DNA from: Vagococcus salmoninarum
Lineage (GTDB): Bacteria; Bacillota; Bacilli; Lactobacillales; Vagococcaceae
Length of the DNA stretch: 24,000 nucleotides
Reading direction: 5' to 3'
Assembly (NCBI RefSeq): GCF_003987495.1
Contig: NZ_NGJU01000009.1
Location: forward strand, 38,600 to 62,599
A program made the position numbers and the translations under genes. The notes under the pieces are model-generated. The model ran no database searches and was not told the origin of the DNA. It saw only the letters and a program-made list of their open reading frames with translations. Positions 7,989 through 16,519 of this stretch are shown here, piece by piece. The stretch's first letter is position 1; each line of letters opens with the position of its first letter.

Positions 7989-9017
7989 TTAGATTCCCAT
8001 CTCAAAGTACTTTCCTAGTTCGCCAAAGTAACTAGTTACTAAAGGATCCAGCGGACATTCTAAACATGCTGCTACTTTTAATAATTTATGTAAATCAGCT
8101 AAATTATTTTTACAGATTAAAACGTAGCCTTTCGCCAACTCCCCAGTTGGTACAGTAATTGCGATTGCCCCAGCCATATTAACGACTCTGACAAAGCCTT
8201 TATTAGCTTTGATTTGTTCTGCTTGTGTCTGTTGATCAAAGTGTCCGAAGATGCTTTCGCCAAAACCTGCCACATCGACTGGGCCTTCTTCGGAAATCAA
8301 AAGGTCACAACTACTTAAAAGATTAGTTAATTCTTCAATTAAAACTTCCCGACTGGCTGTATATTTACTAGTTAAAGGCACTAGCTGAATGTCTGAAGTC
8401 ACGGTCTGAAGTCTTTCTTTTAACTTCGGACGACTTTCATCTAAGATGATCTTAGGTGACTCTCTTGACTGATTAACTAAGGGAAAGACCTCCTCAATTA
8501 AGTTAACTAAAAGGTGCCACTCTTTAGTCATAAAGCCTAGTGACGGGGAAAAGCTGATGCCATCTGTTGATGTTTTAGCCTCAACTTCTTTTTGAAAACT
8601 TTTGCCTAAATCTGGATGAATAAAGCCGTATAAGTTTAAACTCATAGCTGGCGCTAAGACGGAACCACCGCCATCTGTACCAATCCCAATGTCATTGATT
8701 CCTAAAAAAACATTCAAGGCTGTCCCACTTGATGAGCCCGTCATTGGTCGTCCTGTTAATGGATTCGTTAAATCTAAATCAATCCCTCGACCAGACAAAC
8801 TTCCTTTATCAACTGTGTGCTGATAATAACCTGCCTCTCGTAAACTCTCTACGAAGCTGGTAGGAATACTTTTGACTTCTTTAACTCCTAAGTAGTAACC
8901 AGACTCCTCGGTAATTTCTAGCAGTTGATTAGGGAACACTTTTTTGACTGACTTGGCTGGATTGACTAATGCTAAAAAACTTTTCTGAGCGTATTCTTTA
9001 ATGCGATTTTCCATCAT
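7989..9017 (-). CDS. Compact amidase-signature (AS) family-like protein
   Basis: 342 aa. NPLTGRPMTGSSSGTALNVFLGINDIGIGTDGGGSVLAPA resembles the AS signature (GGSSGG...GTDxGGSIRxPA), with both the cis-Ser and the nucleophile Ser present. A candidate Lys lies in GVKEVKSIPTS. GGAGG sits 3 nt before the first ATG and 6 nt before the second ATG (9014). Confidence 0.5.
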   Translation of the reverse strand: MMENRIKEYAQKSFLALVNPAKSVKKVFPNQLLEITEESGYYLGVKEVKSIPTSFVESLREAGYYQHTVDKGSLSGRGIDLDLTNPLTGRPMTGSSSGTALNVFLGINDIGIGTDGGGSVLAPAMSLNLYGFIHPDLGKSFQKEVEAKTSTDGISFSPSLGFMTKEWHLLVNLIEEVFPLVNQSRESPKIILDESRPKLKERLQTVTSDIQLVPLTSKYTASREVLIEELTNLLSSCDLLISEEGPVDVAGFGESIFGHFDQQTQAEQIKANKGFVRVVNMAGAIAITVPTGELAKGYVLICKNNLADLHKLLKVAACLECPLDPLVTSYFGELGKYFEMGI

Positions 9018-9034
9018 TTGCCTCCTTCAATAGT

Positions 9035-9066
9035 AAAAAAGACTGGGAATCAATAACTTCCCAGTC
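9035..9066 (-). terminator. Intrinsic terminator/attenuator between the yhfW-like and amidase-like genes
   Basis: On the minus strand: GACTGGGAA-GTTATTGA-TTCCCAGTC followed by TTTTTT. It sits 15 nt after the yhfW-like stop and ends about 10 nt before the amidase RBS. Confidence 0.7.
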
Positions 9067-9080
9067 CCTTTTACTCACAA

Positions 9081-10292
9081 CTATTCGATTATTTTATTTA
9101 AAAATGAACTACCGTGTTGAGGTGCTTCGACTTTAAAGAAGTCTGCCACTGTCGCTCCCACATCTGCCATTGTTGTTCTTTCGCCAATGACTTTGCCCTT
9201 AACATTTGGACTATAAACTAAAAGTGGCACTCGTTCCCGAGTATGGTTACTATGGCCAATCGTCGGATCATTGCCGTGATCCGCCATAACAACTAAGATA
9301 TCACCTTCAACTAATAGGGGTAACAGTTCTGCAATCCGCCGATCACTTAGCTCTAAGCGGTCAGCGTAGCGCCCAACATCTTCAGCATGACCTGCTAAAT
9401 CTGTTTCCTGAATATTTAAGGCGATAAAGCCCTCGGTAACGTCTCTCACTTCTGACAGTAAGCAATCAAATAAATAATCGGAATCCACCCCAGGAAATAA
9501 CCGTTGACTATCCGTTTGAATAATATCAGCAATTTTTCCTAAGAAAGAATTCGTGATCCCATGATTATCTAAAATAGTTGGGGTTTGAACTTTTTTATCA
9601 ATCCCATAACCTAAATGGACAACTTGGTAACCATGATTATAGACCCCTGATTCAGGGGCATCAACACCAGCAATCTCAGCATTTTTCGTTTTAAAGGCTC
9701 CTAGTAAATCAGCTAATGTGACTTGTTCGCCGCCAAAAGTAATGACCCGGGAAACTTCTACAACTTCTCGGACTACTTGGCCGAGCTTGCTTAAATCTGA
9801 AAAACTAATCAAATCAAGACAAGCTGAGACATTGTAGACTTGACCGTAATCAGTTTCTAAGTTGTCACCAACTGTGGCGTAGTCATTAACGACTAAGATT
9901 TGGGTACCAGGCTCACCGACTCGGCGGACGCTGTAGCCGTTTTTAACTAAATTAGCTTCAACTTCAGCAATTTTTTGATTGAAGGGTTGAATCAATGGAA
10001 CTTTCGGTGTTGTTCCCATAATTTCTTGATGACCTAAAAATGAATCTGCCCCATGATGGGCTAAGTTAGCTGTCCCGTAATTTGCTTCTTTTGAAAAATG
10101 GTGACTACCAATTTCATAGCCAAGAGCATTCATCAAGCCTAATTTTTCTAATGTTGGTAACTTAATTGCCGGCATTTTTTCGATAATATGACCTGCCGTA
10201 GTACTACCAAGGTCACGAGGACGAACTTTAGCCACATCTGCCATCGCACCGACCCCAAAACTATCTAAGACAATAACGATAAATCTACTCAT
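9081..10292 (-). CDS. YhfW-like phosphopentomutase-family (alkaline-phosphatase superfamily) mutase
   Basis: 403 aa. Motifs are colinear with DeoB: VLDSFGVG, GADSFLGHQEIMG (Ser where DeoB has the Thr nucleophile), DLAGH, ADHGNDP. Its RBS overlaps the stop of the upstream gene (4-nt gap). Confidence 0.85.
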   Translation of the reverse strand: MSRFIVIVLDSFGVGAMADVAKVRPRDLGSTTAGHIIEKMPAIKLPTLEKLGLMNALGYEIGSHHFSKEANYGTANLAHHGADSFLGHQEIMGTTPKVPLIQPFNQKIAEVEANLVKNGYSVRRVGEPGTQILVVNDYATVGDNLETDYGQVYNVSACLDLISFSDLSKLGQVVREVVEVSRVITFGGEQVTLADLLGAFKTKNAEIAGVDAPESGVYNHGYQVVHLGYGIDKKVQTPTILDNHGITNSFLGKIADIIQTDSQRLFPGVDSDYLFDCLLSEVRDVTEGFIALNIQETDLAGHAEDVGRYADRLELSDRRIAELLPLLVEGDILVVMADHGNDPTIGHSNHTRERVPLLVYSPNVKGKVIGERTTMADVGATVADFFKVEAPQHGSSFLNKIIE

Positions 10293-10296
10293 TTTT

Positions 10297-11451
10297 TCAC
10301 CTTCTAATTAAATTTCCAAGACTGTTATAAATACCTTCGATTTTAGGCTTCCCGCTTTGGATGCCAGAAACAACGGCAACGTCACTACGAGTTACAAATA
10401 TTTGGGTTCTAAAAGCCGCAATCACCGTTGCACCAATCGGATGGGTGTGTTGACTCGTTAAATAATAGTCGATGCTCTCATTACCAAATGGAGCGACTTG
10501 ATCTTGAACAGCATAGTCTACATCATTAACTAAAATTTCTTCTAAATGGCCGCGACGGTAATACCCACCACCATAAAAATAACCTTTCCCATCTAAGTTA
10601 TGGGAAATTTCACTGACGTAAACCATTCCTGGCAATTCAGCTAAATCCATTTTCGCATGTAAGGGTGTTGAGCCTGTCAAAGCATGACCTGGTTCGCCTT
10701 GGGTGCCTTTAATGCTTTTTATCATAGGAATTGTTTTGCTACAAGTAGCAGAAGGAATATTAATTTCTGAGATTTCAATTCCTTTAGCCCCTAGTATTTC
10801 AACAGCTTTTTCAATTGTTTTAACATTATTCGTCGGGGTTAATTCTGAGACGCCGTCAAATAAGAAACAAGGAAATGAAGTAATCCCAGCAATTTCCACA
10901 TGTTCAAGATTTTTTACTAGTGTTGCTAACGCACCTAACTGGTCTAGATGAAACCCACCATTTTGGCCTTCATAAATTTCGTCAGTACTTTCAATCATTT
11001 TAATTAATAATTTTTGCTTCACATTGAGTTTTTTAGCAATTTCATTAATCTGTTCAATGATTTCTAGTGAAAAAACGGTAAAAAATTTAGGGCCATAAGC
11101 AATCACTTTTTCTAATAAATGTTTCGGCACTTGGACTAAATGCCCCACATTGCCGATTGGTAACTGCTGCTCCATCATGACTAACGCTTCTTTAAAATCA
11201 ACAACGACAGCATCAGTAATTCCTGCTTCGTGAATTTTTTGGGCAACTAACGGATTACGACCAAGTTGTTTCGTCATATAAAACAAGTCGATGCCAGCTT
11301 GATCCGCACTCGCTTTTAACGTTTTGGCATTAGCGACGATAGTATCTAAATCTAAGACGTATGTATCTGGCAAAATTGCGCCACTTTGATGTAATTGGAT
11401 TGCTGATTCGATCAACTTAGGATTTCTACGTTTCGTAACATCTAAAAACAT
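10297..11451 (-). CDS. YhfX-like fold-type-III PLP enzyme (alanine-racemase N-terminal barrel family)
   Basis: 384 aa. Barrel-type layout with a candidate PLP lysine in FYMTKQLGRNP. Occupies the same position next to the yhfW/yhfY homologues as in E. coli. Confidence 0.75.
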   Translation of the reverse strand: MFLDVTKRRNPKLIESAIQLHQSGAILPDTYVLDLDTIVANAKTLKASADQAGIDLFYMTKQLGRNPLVAQKIHEAGITDAVVVDFKEALVMMEQQLPIGNVGHLVQVPKHLLEKVIAYGPKFFTVFSLEIIEQINEIAKKLNVKQKLLIKMIESTDEIYEGQNGGFHLDQLGALATLVKNLEHVEIAGITSFPCFLFDGVSELTPTNNVKTIEKAVEILGAKGIEISEINIPSATCSKTIPMIKSIKGTQGEPGHALTGSTPLHAKMDLAELPGMVYVSEISHNLDGKGYFYGGGYYRRGHLEEILVNDVDYAVQDQVAPFGNESIDYYLTSQHTHPIGATVIAAFRTQIFVTRSDVAVVSGIQSGKPKIEGIYNSLGNLIRR

Positions 11452-11452
11452 C

Positions 11453-11803
11453 TTAATCCTCCTTCAGCATATTAATAATGTGAAGATAGAAGTAATCTAA
11501 TTCTGCCTCTTCAAATTTATTCTCCGCCATCTCTTCTAAATCTTGCCATAGCTCTTTAGAATGTAAAAAATTAGGATCACCAGTAATTTCAGCGACGATA
11601 AAGTCATCTAAGCTGGCGATTGATTCATTCTTTTTACGACGAGCATCTGCCATCGCTAAATGTGTTAAGAAAACATCGGCCTTCGTAGCATCACTAATAA
11701 TCTTAGTCGCTAATAAATAATCTAGTACTTTTAGCACATAATCTTCTGTTGTTTTTTCAATAATTTGTGACTCAACTAATATCTCAAGTTTTTGTTTTAT
11801 CAT
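11453..11803 (-). CDS. YhfY-like stand-alone PRD-domain protein
   Basis: 116 aa from the ATG at 11803 (AAGGAG 8 nt upstream). All-helical, with His48 (FLTHLAMADARR) and His108 (YLHIINML) 60 residues apart, as in PRD modules. The longer track ORF would overlap yhfZ by 80 nt. Confidence 0.75.
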   Translation of the reverse strand: MIKQKLEILVESQIIEKTTEDYVLKVLDYLLATKIISDATKADVFLTHLAMADARRKKNESIASLDDFIVAEITGDPNFLHSKELWQDLEEMAENKFEEAELDYFYLHIINMLKED

Positions 11804-11816
11804 TTGTTTGGCTCCT

Positions 11817-12740
11817 TTAGTATCTTGGGATAGTCGTCCCTCTAACCACATCTTCTTGGATGGTAATAACTTTTTCTTTTTGAAAACTTTTAGCAAAAAA
11901 GGCCTTCATCGAAGAATCTTCTTGATGACAAATAACGACTGAAGCCCCCATCTCTGTTGCTAATTTATTTTCAGTTAAATTGACATAATTTAAGTCTTCA
12001 TAGTTTTTATCACGAATTTCATCAAAGTTCCAAATACCAGCATCAATTTGTTGACTCTTTAAGGAGTGAATAATTTGATGACCTGGCATTTCAACTAAGG
12101 TGACTTCTTTGTCTTGAATATTATCTTTCGTCAACATTTGTTGGTCCAAAGAACTATAATCAATTGCCACTTTCATTCCATCCCTTATCTGGTCATTGGC
12201 TAAATTGGCAAATAATAAGACGTGACCACTTAAATAAGTGTTGTTGCCAAAGTCCACGGCAACTTCGATTGGCTCCCCTTGCTCAATCGCTCGCTTAGCA
12301 GCAAAGCGTGACACTACTGCAAAACGATAAGTTTTCATGGTTATTGAGCGAACCCGCTCTTTTGACCCTCGAATATAAGCTAAATTTAATTTAATATTAT
12401 TGTCTTTAAATTCCTCGTAAATCCCTGTTGCCATGCCTTCGTATAATCTAGAATAAGGCAAGGTCATCGTTCCTAAAATGGCTTCAGAGAGAGCATATTC
12501 TTGTAAAATGGCGTAGTTAATTTCTTCAATAAAAGTGCCCAAGTGCCCACTGCTTTTTGTTTTCAAAGCTTCTTCAGTTTTCAAATAATTCAAGGCATTT
12601 TGGACAGTTCCTCTAGCAACATCGTACTTTAATTGATACTCAGAAATACTCGGCATTTTATCGCCTTTCTTTAATTGCAATAAATCTGATGCTAAGTAAT
12701 TAACAATGACGCCTTTTTTAGTTAAGAATTTATTACTCAC
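11817..12740 (-). CDS. YhfZ-like transcriptional regulator (GntR-type winged HTH plus YhfZ C-terminal domain)
   Basis: 307 aa with a GTG start. N-terminal wHTH (SISEYQLKYDVARGTVQNALNYLK). Length and position match E. coli YhfZ as I recall it. Confidence 0.75.
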   Translation of the reverse strand: MSNKFLTKKGVIVNYLASDLLQLKKGDKMPSISEYQLKYDVARGTVQNALNYLKTEEALKTKSSGHLGTFIEEINYAILQEYALSEAILGTMTLPYSRLYEGMATGIYEEFKDNNIKLNLAYIRGSKERVRSITMKTYRFAVVSRFAAKRAIEQGEPIEVAVDFGNNTYLSGHVLLFANLANDQIRDGMKVAIDYSSLDQQMLTKDNIQDKEVTLVEMPGHQIIHSLKSQQIDAGIWNFDEIRDKNYEDLNYVNLTENKLATEMGASVVICHQEDSSMKAFFAKSFQKEKVITIQEDVVRGTTIPRY

Positions 12741-12750
12741 TCTGATTTCC

Positions 12751-13848
12751 TCATTTCTTGACTTGTTTCATCGCTTCTTTTAAAATAGTTAAAATCGTTT
12801 CCGCTCCAGCACGGTTAGGATTAATTCTGATCATTGTGTCTTCAGCTGTTGGATCGGCAGCTCGGAATGTGCCAGAGACCCGATAAACTAGAGGTGAAAA
12901 CTCATACTTTGATTCCGCCCCGACTGGATTAGGTAAAGCACCAAGGGTAGTAGCAGCTTCAATGACTGCTTTGGCATTGTCTTGCTGTAATTTAACGACT
13001 ACAACTTTTGATTGAGCATTCACAACAAAGGCCTCAGCTAAGCCTTGAACTTCCCCTTGATTAATTCTATCACAAATTTCCTCACTTACTTTAGCGGAAA
13101 TTGCTAAAGAGACTGGGGCATAGATCAAGCCTTTTAAAACATCTAAGGCTTCATGACCTTGAACTTGACCCCCACCTGAGTAATTTTCAGTTTTTAACTG
13201 TTTTAAATATTTTTCGTCACCAACAATACAGCCAATGCCTTCTGGACCTAATAGTTTAAAGGTTGAGAAGCAAGCCAAACTTCCGCCAAATTGACTACCA
13301 ATCCCTGCAGTTTTCATCGCTGAATAGTTGTCATCAGTAATAATCGGAATTGTCTTATCAAGATTGCGGATAGTGGCAATCAATTCCGCTAAATCATAAG
13401 AGTCATCCATTTTTTGACGAGTGACTTGAATTAAAATACCGTCAAATCGCTCCTTAGCTAAGATGGCTTGAACCTCTGCCAATTGGTTAAAATCAACAGC
13501 AACTGTTTCAATGCCTAGCATCTCAAATGAGACTTGGGTTGTCGGATAAACCGGTGCCTGATGGACTAAGACTTTCCCCCCTGAACCAACAGCAGCATGT
13601 AAGGCTAAACGAATGGCATTAGTGCCTGCCCCACGAACGAGCAGAGCGCTTTCCGCTTCAAAGAAATCAGCTAAGGCCGTTTCTACTTTATTAGTTGTGA
13701 CCGGTTGATTAAGCCCTTTAACTACGCCTAAATCGCCACGGGTTAAAATTTCATTGCCTGGAAAGTGACGAGTAATTGAATCAACCAGCTTAAATTGCAG
13801 CTCAGTTGCTTCGCTTATCGTTAAACTTTTCAAAGGATAGACTTTCAT
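12751..13848 (-). CDS. YhfS-like fold-type-I PLP-dependent enzyme
   Basis: About 365 aa. Candidate PLP lysine in ACFSTFKLLGPEGIG, and a glycine-rich GAGTNAI segment. I prefer the ATG at 13848. The track TTG at 13863 overlaps the php stop. Confidence 0.75.
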   Translation of the reverse strand: MKVYPLKSLTISEATELQFKLVDSITRHFPGNEILTRGDLGVVKGLNQPVTTNKVETALADFFEAESALLVRGAGTNAIRLALHAAVGSGGKVLVHQAPVYPTTQVSFEMLGIETVAVDFNQLAEVQAILAKERFDGILIQVTRQKMDDSYDLAELIATIRNLDKTIPIITDDNYSAMKTAGIGSQFGGSLACFSTFKLLGPEGIGCIVGDEKYLKQLKTENYSGGGQVQGHEALDVLKGLIYAPVSLAISAKVSEEICDRINQGEVQGLAEAFVVNAQSKVVVVKLQQDNAKAVIEAATTLGALPNPVGAESKYEFSPLVYRVSGTFRAADPTAEDTMIRINPNRAGAETILTILKEAMKQVKK

Positions 13849-13853
13849 TGTTT

Positions 13854-14735
13854 TCACTTCCAATTCATAAATTCATGAGGGTTTTGTTCTAACATTTTTG
13901 TAATAAAACTTTGAGACACACCATTTTCTAAAGCCATTGGCACGAAGGTATCTAGTAAATAAGAATAACCCATGCCACCCATGTATTCTAAGTTAGACTT
14001 ACGAGTAATGTCCATTGATAAAAAGACTTTGTCAGTGTAGCCACGTTTCTCAATTTCTTTAAGCATCTCAACTCTTAAAAGGTCTGGTTGATAGTTTTCT
14101 TTACCAATTGTATCAAATTCAACATAAACCCCTTGATCCAATATTTCTAAAACATAGTTGATATCACCAGTTAAATCCACATGACCAATGACGATTTTAT
14201 TCAAATCAGCTTGGTGCTTTTTGAAGAAAGCCACTTGTTCATGACCGTATGTCCCTAAAGTCGTGTGGGTCGTAATTGGCACCCCAGTCTCTTGTTGGGC
14301 GATAACTGACGCTAAGAAAACTTTTTCTTCTTTTTCCGTCATCATGTTTTTACTTGTCCCGATTTCACCAATAATTTGTGCCTTGATCGTTGTGTCAGCA
14401 ATGCCTTCACGAATTTCTTTCACCATGAACGCCGTAAGCTGCTCTACTGAATATGTCTCCACAAAAGCTGGTAAAAATTTGTCTTGGTAAAATCCTGTGG
14501 CTTGAACAATGTTCATGCCAGTTTCTTCAGCAACCCTTTGGACATAGGCAGGGTTTCTGCGCATGTCCATATTGGTTACATCAACAATGTTTCTAACACC
14601 TTTAGTATACAATTTTTTGTATTCTAAGACAGTTTCTTCGTAACAGTTTAAGTTTGTATCATCAATATTTTTCAACCGTGATAAATCGATGGTTGTGTGT
14701 TCGTGCATGTATGTGATTCCCGGTTTTAAAACCAT
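13854..14735 (-). CDS. php: Phosphotriesterase-homology protein (Php/YhfV; amidohydrolase superfamily, binuclear metal centre)
   Basis: 293 aa (E. coli Php is 292 aa). Clear by-eye colinearity with E. coli Php: HEHxxIDLS, TGFYQD, IGEIGTS (Glu in place of the PTE carbamylated Lys), TTHT, IGHVDL, FDTIGK, LSMDITR. Confidence 0.92.
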   Translation of the reverse strand: MVLKPGITYMHEHTTIDLSRLKNIDDTNLNCYEETVLEYKKLYTKGVRNIVDVTNMDMRRNPAYVQRVAEETGMNIVQATGFYQDKFLPAFVETYSVEQLTAFMVKEIREGIADTTIKAQIIGEIGTSKNMMTEKEEKVFLASVIAQQETGVPITTHTTLGTYGHEQVAFFKKHQADLNKIVIGHVDLTGDINYVLEILDQGVYVEFDTIGKENYQPDLLRVEMLKEIEKRGYTDKVFLSMDITRKSNLEYMGGMGYSYLLDTFVPMALENGVSQSFITKMLEQNPHEFMNWK

Positions 14736-14749
14736 TTAAACCATCCTCT

Positions 14750-16066
14750 CTAGCCAACAATAACTGGGGTAAACAAGCCTAGTAAGTATAGAATATTAAC
14801 AATAATACCTAAACTAATGGCTGCGATTGGCCCAACAGCTAAGTCAACAACTGGTTTTTTCGCTTTACGGTTAAGTAATAACAAACCAATTACCCAGAAG
14901 TAACCAATGCCAGGAGCAATTGCTTCAGATGCCATCGCACCACCAATTAATAAGGCAACTTCTAAGACTTTGTTCATAGCTGTTCGAATGTGGTCACCCA
15001 TTTCTCTAATTCCAGGGAACTTATCTAAAGCTTTAGCCATTAATGTTAATAATTGGACTTCAATGACCATTACTAAAGCACCAAGGACAAAGGCTAAGAT
15101 TGGGTTACCTTTTAATAAGATACCAACTACAAAGACAAACGTTGTGCCAGCAGGACTATAAACACCTGTGACGATTGCTGTTGAGAAGACTAAGGGAATA
15201 AAGCCAATCCCTCTAGCAAGAGCTGCTAAAGCTGCTTCATTCATTTTTCCTTCAGCTAATAAATTTAAAGAAATTGGATCACCAGCAATTAATAATAAAC
15301 TTGTGGCAGCTGAGACTAATCCGCCCATAACTGATAACCACATCCAGTTTTTCTTAATGCGGTTAACCCGTTCTAAGAAAATACTAACAAGACTTTCATT
15401 TGAGGTACTACCATCGCTTTTAACTTTGATTGCATAATAAATCATGAAAATCATGCCGACTAAAAGAGACATACCTTCTGCACTAAGTGTTAGTGAGGCA
15501 CCATTTCCTACACTAAATGTTCCAAATTGTTTTACAATGAATAATGTCAATAACGTTGCAGAAAATGAAATAAAACCTTTTTTAGCGCCATGTTGACTCG
15601 CAATTGCTACTGCTGGGAAAATACTAAACGCAACGACAACTGGTGCTCCTACTTTTGATAATGAATCAATAAAGTTAACTGGCATCATGGCAAACCCATC
15701 AACTACGGCTTGTAAACCTAGAACTAAACCGATCCCGTAAAGAGCGCCGACGATTCCGGCAATGATCATGCCTTTTTTACCTTCTGGTGCCCATGAACCA
15801 ATAATATCAGTCATTAATAAAATACTATGAACTAATAAAATCGACGCCCCAATTGAAACGGGGATCCCAAAACCAATAACTAATCCAAAACTTAAAGCAA
15901 AACTCGTTGCTGCTAATTCTTTTTTACCAATTTTTCCTTCTAAAAATTCTGGGACAATCGGTCGTAAGCCATCATTAAAAACGGCGATGCCTTTATTTGC
16001 TAAAATTGAACTTAAGCCACCTAATAATGCAATTGCAATTAATTCAATTATCTTCGAAGACTCCAT
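14750..16066 (-). CDS. YhfT-like polytopic inner-membrane protein (putative permease)
   Basis: 438 aa with about 11-12 hydrophobic segments. Located between the yhfU and php homologues. Size matches E. coli YhfT as I recall it. Confidence 0.8.
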   Translation of the reverse strand: MESSKIIELIAIALLGGLSSILANKGIAVFNDGLRPIVPEFLEGKIGKKELAATSFALSFGLVIGFGIPVSIGASILLVHSILLMTDIIGSWAPEGKKGMIIAGIVGALYGIGLVLGLQAVVDGFAMMPVNFIDSLSKVGAPVVVAFSIFPAVAIASQHGAKKGFISFSATLLTLFIVKQFGTFSVGNGASLTLSAEGMSLLVGMIFMIYYAIKVKSDGSTSNESLVSIFLERVNRIKKNWMWLSVMGGLVSAATSLLLIAGDPISLNLLAEGKMNEAALAALARGIGFIPLVFSTAIVTGVYSPAGTTFVFVVGILLKGNPILAFVLGALVMVIEVQLLTLMAKALDKFPGIREMGDHIRTAMNKVLEVALLIGGAMASEAIAPGIGYFWVIGLLLLNRKAKKPVVDLAVGPIAAISLGIIVNILYLLGLFTPVIVG

Positions 16067-16086
16067 AATTTCTCCACCTTACTCTT

Positions 16087-16452
16087 TTAATTTAATTTTT
16101 TTAATTCATCAATAATGATTGGGACAACAATGTCTTTATGTTGAGCTGTGAAACCAAAAGCTTTTTTACCACTTTGGACTTCAGCCCGGATTTCTTCTTC
16201 CGTCATCATGTTTGATGGCATTGAAACGGTTACACAATTTTCTCTACCTAGTAATGCTAGAGCCATTGCCAAAGCACCGCCACCACCTGTATTACAAGCA
16301 CCTAAGTAATAGTCAGCTTGACCAGCCTTAACAGCCATCGCTGCATCTAAATCACTCTTAACATCAATTTCGAAACTCCCTTGAGTACTACTTTCGACTA
16401 GAACTTTAACTTCTGGTTTGTCGATTTGTCCTCCAATGACGATTTTTTTCAT
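16087..16452 (-). CDS. YhfU-like DUF2620 protein with a Cys/Gly-rich loop
   Basis: 121 aa. MKKIVIGG...DYYLGACNTGGGGALAMALALLG. First gene of the cluster. GAGGAGG RBS upstream. Confidence 0.8.
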   Translation of the reverse strand: MKKIVIGGQIDKPEVKVLVESSTQGSFEIDVKSDLDAAMAVKAGQADYYLGACNTGGGGALAMALALLGRENCVTVSMPSNMMTEEEIRAEVQSGKKAFGFTAQHKDIVVPIIIDELKKLN

Positions 16453-16519
16453 TGAAATTCCTCCTCTTTCTCAATATACATTTTTTTGTATTTTGATACC
16501 TACTTCTTAATACCCCCTC

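Noticed and set aside
16476-16491. Small hairpin ATACA-A6/T6-TGTAT in the ~60-nt leader of the yhf-type operon, considered as a riboswitch or attenuator
   Set aside because: It is a 5-bp AT-rich stem in a short leader. There are no conserved riboswitch, T-box or RAT-like features that I can recognise.
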